Below, one piece after another: positions 26,370-38,957 of a DNA stretch of 64,000 nucleotides; within the stretch, counting starts at the first letter, position 1; every line of letters begins with the position of its first letter. The stretch spans positions 129,210,001 to 129,274,000 of the forward strand of contig CM059432.1 of assembly GCA_030390025.1 (NCBI GenBank), read 5' to 3'. This DNA comes from Squalus acanthias. Its lineage: Eukaryota. Below the pieces are notes generated by a model, which was given only the letters and a program-made list of their open reading frames with translations, did not search any database and was not told the origin of the DNA. A program made the translations under genes and the position numbers.

Positions 26370-27264
26370 GGGGGAAAAATTCAGTTGGTTTGTGCCTCCC
26401 GTTATCGCCTTAAGAGGGCGCTAATGAGGCGCAAAGCAACTAGCGCCCGTGCGCGGCGATGTTTGCGCCGCTCATGAAATTAACTAGACATTTTGCGGCG
26501 GCACTAAACATTAACGCCATGATCTTTTGCGCCGGCAGATCGTGACGTCAGTCGAGTGTGCAACGCCACGGTAGCGCACCGGACCGGATATTGAGTGGTG
26601 CCCCCTGCCTTACCCCCTGCCGCTAGCAACGACAGGTTGAGGGGAGCGTTTTGCAGTCAGGAAGGGACTGGGGGAGCGCTATTTAAAGGCGACCGCTTCC
26701 TGCCTTTTTTTGTTGGTGACATTTTTGCACCACGCATTCTGAGAGAGAGAGAGAGAGACTTCTGGAGAGATTCAACGCTGTGTGAAGGAGTTTTGGGTAC
26801 TGAGGAGCACTTTGCAGGTTCATTTTGATTTGCCCTTCCTTGTACCGATTTAGAAGAGACTGTGGGGGCTGCACTCTGAGCTCTTTCCCTGGTTCTCTCC
26901 ATTGTTCTTTCCAGCAGATTTGATGTACAGGTCTCTCCAGGCCGAGATTCAAGGCTGCAATGAGCAGGATGTGGATGGAGAGCAAGATCAACCCTCCCCT
27001 TTAAGAACTGGCCGGCGCCATTGTGTCTGTGTTCAATTGCTGACTGACATCACATGAGCTTCGCCAGCACTCTGAGGTAGCGCCTCACTCATCGGCCTTT
27101 GCGCCTTAAGACAGTTGTGAAGCGCCTGATTTAGCGCTCCAATCACCTCCAGGGGCGATAAAAGTCAAGTTTGTAGTCGGAGGCGATAATTAGCGCCAGG
27201 CGCTAAACTTTGCGCACGGCCGATAATTGCGCCCCAAACGGGGTGATACTGAATTTTTCCCCCC
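26370..27264. mobile_element. Harbinger-type MITE, family B2 (copies at 30499-31393 and 34629-35523)
   Basis: TIR gggggaaaaattcagt/actgaatttttcccccc; TSD ATT. Confidence 0.9.
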
Positions 27265-27627
27265 ATTATTTAGTGCAAAATAATACTGAAAATATTTGTC
27301 ATCAAGTTGCTGGGAACACTTGAGGAGGAGCTGTGAATAACTGGAATAAAAAGTGACCGTGGCTATTTCAGAAAGAACCGTAAAATGACTGGCTGTGAAA
27401 CACAAGAGTTCGCCACCACTAACCTTGGGTTTTCAAGTCAATAATGAACTCTCTGGAGATGGAACAAGATAAAAGAGATAACACAATCTGATTGTCCACA
27501 CACTTAAAAGGTTTGTAAATATTAATGCTTTATCGATACTTATGTCCATACTTCACACGGTCTGTATATTTTGTGGTAAATGATAACACTGTACTGTGAC
27601 TTACACAAAAGGGGAAAAAAAGATAAT

Positions 27628-29254
27628 GGGCCGAAAATTGATCCCGGGACGTGCGTACTCTCGCGTATTCCCACTCCAATTGCCGGTTTTCTGCATGCCC
27701 TGCGCATGCGCTGAAAACCGGCAATTGCTCTTCTGAAAAGGGGGCGGGTCCTCGGTGCATCGCGTGCGCGCTACAGGCTGCGCGCACGCTGTGCACTTCA
27801 TGCTTTGGACGCGCAGGTAAGTACTGAAGATTTTGGAAATGTAAAAAGGAGGAGTAAGACCCACTTTTAAGAAGGTAAGTAGTGAATTAAGTATTTTTTT
27901 GAATTTTTTTTAACAGGTATATCTTTTTTAGAGACTTTAAAGACAGGTAAGTTTATTTTTATAACTTTTTAAAAGATTTTAAATTTTTTCAAAAATTTAA
28001 TTTTTTATTTAAAATGGTTAATTTAATTAACTATACTTATTTTATTAATGTGATGGTTTTTAAAAAAAATTTAATTGAGGTTTAGCTGTTATTTTGGGGG
28101 GTGTAAGATTCATAGGGGTAAAAATTCACTTGGTTGCGCCACCCGTTAGCGCCTTAAGAGGGCGCTAATGGGGCGCAAAGCCGCTAACGCCCGGACGCAG
28201 CGATGTTTGCGCCGCTCGAGAACTTAACTTGAGATTGTGCGGCGGCGCTAAAACTTACCGCTGCGACCACCTGCGCGCGCAGATTGTGACGTCATTCCAT
28301 GGTGCAACGCCCTTGGGGCGCCCCGTAGCGGAAATTGAGTGGCGCCCCCTGCCTTACTGCCTGGCGCTTCCAACGACCGGAAGACTGGAACGCTATCAAT
28401 CGCTGTGGGGCTGGGGGGGGGCGCTATTTAAAGGGGGCCTCTTCCTGTCTTTTATTGTTGGTGGCATTTTTGAACTATGCATTCTGAGAGAGAGAGGGAG
28501 AGACTTCTGGAGAGATTCAACGTTGTGTGAAGGAGTTTTGGGTACTGAGCAGCACTTTGCAGGTTCATTTTAATTTGCCATTCCTTGTATCGATTTAGCA
28601 GAGACCGTGGGAGCTGCACTCTGAGCTCTTTGCCTGGTGCTCTCCATTGTTCTTTCCAGCACATTTGATGTGCAAGTCTCTCCAGGCCGAGATTCAAGGC
28701 AGCAATGAACAGGATGTGGATGGAAAGCAAGATTAACCATCCCCTTTAAGAACTGGCCCGTGCCATTGTGTGTGTGTTCCATTGCTGACTGACATTACAT
28801 GAGCTTCGCCAACGCTCCGAGTTAGCGCCTCACTGCTCGGCCTTTGCGCCTTAAGAGAGGTGTGCAGCGCCTGCTTTAGCGCTCCACTCACCTCCCGGGG
28901 CGGGAAAAGTGAAGTTTCCCGTCAGTGCCGATAATTAGCGCCAGGCGCTAATATTTGCGTCCGGACGATATTTACGCCCCAAATGGGGCGCGACCTAATT
29001 TCTACCCCATAGATTTCACAGCAGGTCTGTGAAACTTATGAATGGAAGATGGTGTGCTGCCATTGGCTCTAACTGAGTCACGTGATCCCACAGCTCGCAC
29101 GAATTCACTACGCCGGTGGGATACACAAGCACTGCACAGCAGCTGTCCAGAACATCAAGTTCGTGCGAGCTGGATCTGAAAAAGCACAAGCGAGGTGAGA
29201 CATCGCGGGGAAGGCTTACCCCCGCGGGAACAGAGCGAGATCAATTTCTGGGCC
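27628..29254. mobile_element. Family A MITE (reverse) hosting a nested MITE (copies at 31757-33383 and 35887-37526)
   Basis: TIR gggccgaaaattgatc/gatcaatttctgggcc; TSD AAT. Confidence 0.9.
28115..29008. mobile_element. Nested family B2 MITE (copies at 32244-33137 and 36387-37280)
   Basis: TIR ggggtaaaaatt/aatttctacccc; TSD ATA; paralog of 26370-27264. Confidence 0.9.
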
Positions 29255-32200
29255 AATAATTAACATTTACAAAGACACACCATTAGCTTTATTCTGTTCT
29301 TTTTCTATTTATTTAAAAAAAAAATTCAAATATGTCATCAGGGGACCTGAAATAGATTTGCTGGTGTAGAAATTGGACCCCGCTGTGCCTGTTTTTTGGG
29401 TGCAGAATGGGGGGGGCGGGGGGGTGGAGTTTGCTGCTTTCATGTCTGGTGAAGTAGGCGCTTCTAGGCAAGGGGGCTGGAGAAGTGGCCACAAGTCCTT
29501 TTAAGTGTCTACTTTCTCCACATGAGTCCTTGCAGACGGGTTTGCAACTCCCAGCCGGTGAAACTGGCTGCTCTCAGTTGGTAACAGCCAAATTTACAGC
29601 AATTTGGCGAGTAATAAGTTAGCTAAACTGTCTCTTAATTTCATCTTAGAGCTGTTCCCTGCTCAATGGCTAGCTCACGATATGGGAGCCAATTCCCACG
29701 GTTCTGCCCACAGACTGGAAACAGTGATATGGAGCGTTAACCAGCAGGAGCAAATTCTGCCAGTTTCAGTAACTCAGTCTGTGTACGATGAGCACATGAT
29801 TAGAAGTTTCAAGGCAACTTGATACGTTTCTGAGAGATGTGTGATGGCGCTTTTTAAATGCATCCTTCAGAAGGTCCGAACCTGCTCCATAAGAACATAA
29901 GAAATAGGAGCAGGAGTAGGCCAATTGGCCCCTCGAGCCTGCTCCGCCATTCAATAAGATCATGGCTGATCTGATCCTAACCGCCAATCTACTATCACAG
30001 AACCATCTCCTGAACCTAACAGAATTGGACACACGAAAGTAGGAGCAGAATCAGGCTACACGGCCCCTGGGCCCGCTACGCCACCCACAGGGCCATGACC
30101 GATCTGAACCTAGACTCACGTCCAAATTCCTGCCCGCTCCCTGTAACCCTTAATTCCCTTTACTTCTAGGAAACTGTCTATTTCTGTTTTAAATTTATGT
30201 AATGATGTAGCTTCTACAGCTTTTTGGGGCAGCATATTCCATGGACCTACCACCCTCTGAGTGAAGTAGTTCCTTCTCATCTCAGTTTTGAAAGAGCAGC
30301 CCCTTATTCTAAGACTATGCTCCCTAGTTCTAGTTTCACCCATCATCGGGAACATCCTCCCCGCATCCACCCGATCCAACCCCTTCACAATCTTATATGT
30401 TTCCATCCATCCGCGATCCAACTTTTCTTCCCCCGTGAATGAAAAATATTTGATGTAAAAATCCTTCTATTATTTTTGAGCTTCCCGGCTGAGATATTGG
30501 GGGAAAAATTCAGTTGGTTTGCGCCTCCCGTTATCGCCTTAAGAGGGCGCTAATGAGGCGCAAAGCAACTAGCGCCCGTGCGCGGCGATGTTTGCGCCGC
30601 TCATGAAATTAACTAGACATTTTGCGGCGGCACTAAACATTAACGCCATGATCTTTTGCGCCGGCAGATCGTGACGTCAGTCGAGTGTGCAACGCCACGG
30701 TAGCGCACCGGACCGGATATTGAGTGGTGCCCCCTGCCTTACCCCCTGCCGCTAGCAACGACAGGTTGAGGGGAGCGTTTTGCAGTCAGGAAGGGACTGG
30801 GGGAGCGCTATTTAAAGGCGACCGCTTCCTGCCTTTTTTTGTTGGTGACATTTTTGCACCACGCATTCTGAGAGAGAGAGAGAGAGACTTCTGGAGAGAT
30901 TCAACGCTGTGTGAAGGAGTTTTGGGTACTGAGGAGCACTTTGCAGGTTCATTTTGATTTGCCCTTCCTTGTACCGATTTAGAAGAGACTGTGGGGGCTG
31001 CACTCTGAGCTCTTTCCCTGGTTCTCTCCATTGTTCTTTCCAGCAGATTTGATGTACAGGTCTCTCCAGGCCGAGATTCAAGGCTGCAATGAGCAGGATG
31101 TGGATGGAGAGCAAGATCAACCCTCCCCTTTAAGAACTGGCCGGCGCCATTGTGTCTGTGTTCAATTGCTGACTGACATCACATGAGCTTCGCCAGCACT
31201 CTGAGGTAGCGCCTCACTCATCGGCCTTTGCGCCTTAAGACAGTTGTGAAGCGCCTGATTTAGCGCTCCAATCACCTCCAGGGGCGATAAAAGTCAAGTT
31301 TGTAGTCGGAGGCGATAATTAGCGCCAGGCGCTAAACTTTGCGCACGGCCGATAATTGCGCCCCAAACGGGGTGATACTGAATTTTTCCCCCCATTATTT
31401 AGTGCAAAATAATACTGAAAATATTTGTCATCAAGTTGCTGGGAACACTTGAGGAGGAGCTGTGAATAACTGGAATAAAAAGTGACCGTGGCTATTTCAG
31501 AAAGAACCGTAAAATGACTGGCTGTGAAACACAAGAGTTCGCCACCACTAACCTTGGGTTTTCAAGTCAATAATGAACTCTCTGGAGATGGAACAAGATA
31601 AAAGAGATAACACAATCTGATTGTCCACACACTTAAAAGGTTTGTAAATATTAATGCTTTATCGATACTTATGTCCATACTTCACACGGTCTGTATATTT
31701 TGTGGTAAATGATAACACTGTACTGTGACTTACACAAAAGGGGAAAAAAAGATAATGGGCCGAAAATTGATCCCGGGACGTGCGTACTCTCGCGTATTCC
31801 CACTCCAATTGCCGGTTTTCTGCATGCCCTGCGCATGCGCTGAAAACCGGCAATTGCTCTTCTGAAAAGGGGGCGGGTCCTCGGTGCATCGCGTGCGCGC
31901 TACAGGCTGCGCGCACGCTGTGCACTTCATGCTTTGGACGCGCAGGTAAGTACTGAAGATTTTGGAAATGTAAAAAGGAGGAGTAAGACCCACTTTTAAG
32001 AAGGTAAGTAGTGAATTAAGTATTTTTTTGAATTTTTTTTAACAGGTATATCTTTTTTAGAGACTTTAAAGACAGGTAAGTTTATTTTTATAACTTTTTA
32101 AAAGATTTTAAATTTTTTCAAAAATTTAATTTTTTATTTAAAATGGTTAATTTAATTAACTATACTTATTTTATTAATGTGATGGTTTTTTAAAAAAAAT

Positions 32201-35200
32201 TAATTGAGGTTTAGCTGTTATTTTGGGGGGTGTAAGATTCATAGGGGTAAAAATTCACTTGGTTGCGCCACCCGTTAGCGCCTTAAGAGGGCGCTAATGG
32301 GGCGCAAAGCCGCTAACGCCCGGACGCAGCGATGTTTGCGCCGCTCGAGAACTTAACTTGAGATTGTGCGGCGGCGCTAAAACTTACCGCTGCGACCACC
32401 TGCGCGCGCAGATTGTGACGTCATTCCATGGTGCAACGCCCTTGGGGCGCCCCGTAGCGGAAATTGAGTGGCGCCCCCTGCCTTACTGCCTGGCGCTTCC
32501 AACGACCGGAAGACTGGAACGCTATCAATCGCTGTGGGGCTGGGGGGGGGCGCTATTTAAAGGGGGCCTCTTCCTGTCTTTTATTGTTGGTGGCATTTTT
32601 GAACTATGCATTCTGAGAGAGAGAGGGAGAGACTTCTGGAGAGATTCAACGTTGTGTGAAGGAGTTTTGGGTACTGAGCAGCACTTTGCAGGTTCATTTT
32701 AATTTGCCATTCCTTGTATCGATTTAGCAGAGACCGTGGGAGCTGCACTCTGAGCTCTTTGCCTGGTGCTCTCCATTGTTCTTTCCAGCACATTTGATGT
32801 GCAAGTCTCTCCAGGCCGAGATTCAAGGCAGCAATGAACAGGATGTGGATGGAAAGCAAGATTAACCATCCCCTTTAAGAACTGGCCCGTGCCATTGTGT
32901 GTGTGTTCCATTGCTGACTGACATTACATGAGCTTCGCCAACGCTCCGAGTTAGCGCCTCACTGCTCGGCCTTTGCGCCTTAAGAGAGGTGTGCAGCGCC
33001 TGCTTTAGCGCTCCACTCACCTCCCGGGGCGGGAAAAGTGAAGTTTCCCGTCAGTGCCGATAATTAGCGCCAGGCGCTAATATTTGCGTCCGGACGATAT
33101 TTGCGCCCCAAATGGGGCGCGACCTAATTTCTACCCCATAGATTTCACAGCAGGTCTGTGAAACTTATGAATGGAAGATGGTGTGCTGCCATTGGCTCTA
33201 ACTGAGTCACGTGATCCCACAGCTCGCACGAATTCACTACGCCGGTGGGATACACAAGCACTGCACAGCAGCTGTCCAGAACATCAAGTTTGTGCGAGCT
33301 GGATCTGAAAAAGCACAAGCGAGGTGAGACATCGCGGGGAAGGCTTACCCCCGCGGGAACAGAGCGAGATCAATTTCTGGGCCAATAATTAACATTTACA
33401 AAGACACACCATTAGCTTTATTCTGTTCTTTTTCTATTTATTTAAAAAAAAAATTCAAATATGTCATCAGGGGACCTGAAATAGATTTGCTGGTGTAGAA
33501 ATTGGACCCCGCTGTGCCTGTTTTTTGGGTGCAGAATGGGGGGGGGCGGGGGGGTGGAGTTTGCTGCTTTCATGTCTGGTGAAGTAGGCGCTTCTAGGCA
33601 AGGGGGCTGGAGAAGTGGCCACAAGTCCTTTTAAGTGTCTACTTTCTCCACATGAGTCCTTGCAGACGGGTTTGCAACTCCCAGCCGGTGAAACTGGCTG
33701 CTCTCAGTTGGTAACAGCCAAATTTACAGCAATTTGGCGAGTAATAAGTTAGCTAAACTGTCTCTTAATTTCATCTTAGAGCTGTTCCCTGCTCAATGGC
33801 TAGCTCACGATATGGGAGCCAATTCCCACGGTTCTGCCCACAGACTGGAAACAGTGATATGGAGCGTTAACCAGCAGGAGCAAATTCTGCCAGTTTCAGT
33901 AACTCAGTCTGTGTACGATGAGCACATGATTAGAAGTTTCAAGGCAACTTGATACGTTTCTGAGAGATGTGTGATGGCGCTTTTTAAATGCATCCTTCAG
34001 AAGGTCCGAACCTGCTCCATAAGAACATAAGAAATAGGAGCAGGAGTAGGCCAATTGGCCCCTCGAGCCTGCTCCGCCATTCAATAAGATCATGGCTGAT
34101 CTGATCCTAACCGCCAATCTACTATCACAGAACCATCTCCTGAACCTAACAGAATTGGACACACGAAAGTAGGAGCAGAATCAGGCTACACGGCCCCTGG
34201 GCCCGCTACGCCACCCACAGGGCCATGACCGATCTGAACCTAGACTCACGTCCAAATTCCTGCCCGCTCCCTGTAACCCTTAATTCCCTTTACTTCTAGG
34301 AAACTGTCTATTTCTGTTTTAAATTTATGTAATGATGTAGCTTCTACAGCTTTTTGGGGCAGCATATTCCATGGACCTACCACCCTCTGAGTGAAGTAGT
34401 TCCTTCTCATCTCAGTTTTGAAAGAGCAGCCCCTTATTCTAAGACTATGCTCCCTAGTTCTAGTTTCACCCATCATCGGGAACATCCTCCCCGCATCCAC
34501 CCGATCCAACCCCTTCACAATCTTATATGTTTCCATCCATCCGCGATCCAACTTTTCTTCCCCCGTGAATGAAAAATATTTGATGTAAAAATCCTTCTAT
34601 TATTTTTGAGCTTCCCGGCTGAGATATTGGGGGAAAAATTCAGTTGGTTTGCGCCTCCCGTTATCGCCTTAAGAGGGCGCTAATGAGGCGCAAAGCAACT
34701 AGCGCCCGTGCGCGGCGATGTTTGCGCCGCTCATGAAATTAACTAGACATTTTGCGGCGGCACTAAACATTAACGCCATGATCTTTTGCGCCGGCAGATC
34801 GTGACGTCAGTCGAGTGTGCAACGCCACGGTAGCGCACCGGACCGGATATTGAGTGGTGCCCCCTGCCTTACCCCCTGCCGCTAGCAACGACAGGTTGAG
34901 GGGAGCGTTTTGCAGTCAGGAAGGGACTGGGGGAGCGCTATTTAAAGGCGACCGCTTCCTGCCTTTTTTTGTTGGTGACATTTTTGCACCACGCATTCTG
35001 AGAGAGAGAGAGAGAGACTTCTGGAGAGATTCAACGCTGTGTGAAGGAGTTTTGGGTACTGAGGAGCACTTTGCAGGTTCATTTTGATTTGCCCTTCCTT
35101 GTACCGATTTAGAAGAGACTGTGGGGGCTGCACTCTGAGCTCTTTCCCTGGTTCTCTCCATTGTTCTTTCCAGCAGATTTGATGTACAGGTCTCTCCAGG

Positions 35201-37634
35201 CCGAGATTCAAGGCTGCAATGAGCAGGATGTGGATGGAGAGCAAGATCAACCCTCCCCTTTAAGAACTGGCCGGCGCCATTGTGTCTGTGTTCAATTGCT
35301 GACTGACATCACATGAGCTTCGCCAGCACTCTGAGGTAGCGCCTCACTCATCGGCCTTTGCGCCTTAAGACAGTTGTGAAGCGCCTGATTTAGCGCTCCA
35401 ATCACCTCCAGGGGCGATAAAAGTCAAGTTTGTAGTCGGAGGCGATAATTAGCGCCAGGCGCTAAACTTTGCGCACGGCCGATAATTGCGCCCCAAACGG
35501 GGTGATACTGAATTTTTCCCCCCATTATTTAGTGCAAAATAATACTGAAAATATTTGTCATCAAGTTGCTGGGAACACTTGAGGAGGAGCTGTGAATAAC
35601 TGGAATAAAAAGTGACCGTGGCTATTTCAGAAAGAACCGTAAAATGACTGGCTGTGAAACACAAGAGTTCGCCACCACTAACCTTGGGTTTTCAAGTCAA
35701 TAATGAACTCTCTGGAGATGGAACAAGATAAAAGAGATAACACAATCTGATTGTCCACACACTTAAAAGGTTTGTAAATATTAATGCTTTATCGATACTT
35801 ATGTCCATACTTCACACGGTCTGTATATTTTGTGGTAAATGATAACACTGTACTGTGACTTACACAAAAGGGGAAAAAAAGATAATGGGCCGAAAATTGA
35901 TCCCGGGACGCGAGAGTACGCACTGCGTACTCTCGCGTATTCCCACTCCAATTGCCGGTTTTCTGCATGCCCTGCGCATGCGCTGAAAACCGGCAATTGC
36001 TCTTCTGAAAAGGGGGCGGGTCCTCGGTGCATTGCGTGTGCGCTACAGGCTGCGCGCACGCTGTGCACTTCATGCTTTGGACGCGCAGGTAAGTACTGAA
36101 GATTTTGGAAATGTAAAAAGGAGGAGTAAGACCCACTTTTAAGAAGGTAAGTAGTGAATTAAGTATTTTTTTGAATTTTTTTTAACAGGTATATCTTTTT
36201 TAGAGACTTTAAAGACAGGTAAGTTTATTTTTATAACTTTTTAAAAGATTTTAAATTTTTTCAAAAATTTAATTTTTTATTTAAAATGGTTAATTTAATT
36301 AACTATACTTATTTTATTAATGTGATGGTTTTTAAAAAAAATTTAATTGAGGTTTAGCTGTTATTTTGGGGGGTGTAAGATTCATAGGGGTAAAAATTCA
36401 CTTGGTTGCGCCACCCGTTAGCGCCTTAAGAGGGCGCTAATGGGGCGCAAAGCCGCTAACGCCCGGACGCAGCGATGTTTGCGCCGCTCGAGAACTTAAC
36501 TTGAGATTGTGCGGCGGCGCTAAAACTTACCGCTGCGACCACCTGCGCGCGCAGATTGTGACGTCATTCCATGGTGCAACGCCCTTGGGGCGCCCCGTAG
36601 CGGAAATTGAGTGGCGCCCCCTGCCTTACTGCCTGGCGCTTCCAACGACCGGAAGACTGGAACGCTATCAATCGCTGTGGGGCTGGGGGGGGGCGCTATT
36701 TAAAGGGGGCCTCTTCCTGTCTTTTATTGTTGGTGGCATTTTTGAACTATGCATTCTGAGAGAGAGAGGGAGAGACTTCTGGAGAGATTCAACGTTGTGT
36801 GAAGGAGTTTTGGGTACTGAGCAGCACTTTGCAGGTTCATTTTAATTTGCCATTCCTTGTATCGATTTAGCAGAGACCGTGGGAGCTGCACTCTGAGCTC
36901 TTTGCCTGGTGCTCTCCATTGTTCTTTCCAGCACATTTGATGTGCAAGTCTCTCCAGGCCGAGATTCAAGGCAGCAATGAACAGGATGTGGATGGAAAGC
37001 AAGATTAACCATCCCCTTTAAGAACTGGCCCGTGCCATTGTGTGTGTGTTCCATTGCTGACTGACATTACATGAGCTTCGCCAACGCTCCGAGTTAGCGC
37101 CTCACTGCTCGGCCTTTGCGCCTTAAGAGAGGTGTGCAGCGCCTGCTTTAGCGCTCCACTCACCTCCCGGGGCGGGAAAAGTGAAGTTTCCCGTCAGTGC
37201 CGATAATTAGCGCCAGGCGCTAATATTTGCGTCCGGACGATATTTGCGCCCCAAATGGGGCGCGACCTAATTTCTACCCCATAGATTTCACAGCAGGTCT
37301 GTGAAACTTATGAATGGAAGATGGTGTGCTGCCATTGGCTCTAACTGAGTCACGTGATCCCACAGCTCGCACGAATTCACTACGCCGGTGGGATACACAA
37401 GCACTGCACAGCAGCTGTCCAGAACATCAAGTTCGTGCGAGCTGGATCTGAAAAAGCACAAGCGAGGTGAGACATCGCGGGGAAGGCTTACCCCCGCGGG
37501 AACAGAGCGAGATCAATTTCTGGGCCAATAATTAACATTTACAAAGACACACCATTAGCTTTATTCTGTTCTTTTTCTATTTATTTAAAAAAAAAATTCA
37601 AATATGTCATCAGGGGACCTGAAATAGATTTGCT

Positions 37635-38212
37635 GGTGTAGAAATTGGACCCCGCTGTGCCTGTTTTTTGGGTGCAGAATGGGGGGGGCGGGGGGGTGGC
37701 AAAAAGCCCCAATTTCCTGGTGCGTAATGCCGTGCACCAAAGGTGCCTGTAATATGACCGCCGCCATATTGGGCCGGGTGATATTCAAGCGTCTCCGGTG
37801 GCTGTCTAAAACGAGAGCTAGGCCCCTCTGCTCAGATTTTTGGTTCCTTCTGCGGCCTAACCAGCCATCACTAAAGAGACCGCAGGAGGCCTTCAACAAA
37901 ATGGTAAGTCTGTTCTTCTAACGTAGCCAGGAGGAGTAGGAGTGCTCTACCCATCTCCACAGCAAGACTGTGGACCACAGCCTGCCCGCGCTCGCCCCTC
38001 TCCCGTTCACCCCTATCACCTACCTGAGGGCCACTACCAGAGCCGCAGCAGGCCCATCTTGGTCTTCAGCAAACCGACGAGCTGCTTCTGGATGCTCGAT
38101 TAATGTTCGCTGGAGTTATTCGGATGAGGTCCGAGGCCCAATTTGAGAAGAGTCTCAGGCCTTCGGCTTCTGGCATGGCACCGAGCTCGTCGCCTAAACC
38201 GAATTCTCCCCC
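37635..38212. mobile_element. Older MITE. Only its first ~60 bp are present in tandem units 1 and 2.
   Basis: Imperfect TIR ggtgtagaaattgg/ccgaattctccccc (10/14); flanks gct/gtt. Confidence 0.55.
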
Positions 38213-38217
38213 GTTGA

Positions 38218-38615
38218 GTCACCAAGTCCCGTTCACCCATCACCCCTGTGCTCACTAACCTACATTGGCTCCCGGTCCGGCAACGACACGATTTTAAAAT
38301 TCTCAACCTTGTTTTCAAATCCTTCCATGGCTTAGCCCCTCCCTATCTCTGTGATCTCCTCCAGCCCAACAACCCTCCGAGATATCTGAGCTCCTCCAAT
38401 TCTGGCCTCGCGTGCATCACAATTTTCATCGCTCCACCATTGGCGGCTGTGCCTTCTGCTGCCTGGGCCCTAAGCTCTGGAATTCCCTCTCTAAACCTCG
38501 CCACCTGTCCTACTATCACCTTACGTTGCATGGTGCCAAATTTTGTTTGATAACGCTCCTGTGAAGCACCTTGGAACGTTTTACTACGTTCTAGGCGCTA
38601 TATAAATGCAAGTTG
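38218..38615 (+). mobile_element. L2 LINE 3' fragment
   Basis: LHWLPVRQRHDFKILNLVFKSFHGLAPPYL. Confidence 0.9.
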
Positions 38616-38664
38616 AGGAAGCTGAACTGGCATATCCAGGTGAAAGGGGAAGACCACTGAATCA

Positions 38665-38957
38665 ACTGAAAGGGTAGATAGAGAGAAACTATTTCTGCTG
38701 GTTGGGGAGTCTAGGACTAGGGGACATAGCCTAAAAACTAGAGCCAGGCCTTTCAGGAGTGAAGTTAGGAAACACTTCTACACGCAAAGGGTGGTAGAAG
38801 TTTGGAACTCTCTTCCACAAACGGCAATTGATGCTAGGTCAATTGTTAATTTTAAAGCTGAGATTGATAGATTTCTGTTACCCAAAGGTATTATGGGATA
38901 TGGAGGAAAGGCGGGTATATGAAGTTAGGTCGCAGATCAGCCATGATTTCATTGAAT
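38665..38957 (+). mobile_element. CR1 3' fragment
   Basis: Same subfamily as 13413-13918 (ggacatagcctaaaa..gttaggaaacacttctacac). Confidence 0.85.

Larger units (their letters stand above)
25296..37699. repeat. Tandem triplication of a ~4.13-kb unit (25296-29424, 29425-33554, 33555-37699)
   Basis: The ORF track repeats at +4129 and +8259/+8272. The units are near-identical by direct reading. Confidence 0.97.

Noticed and set aside
25475..37054. Thrice-repeated ORFs as a gene cluster
   Set aside because: They result from the DNA triplication and lie in MITE, CR1 or non-coding sequence with no recognisable domains.
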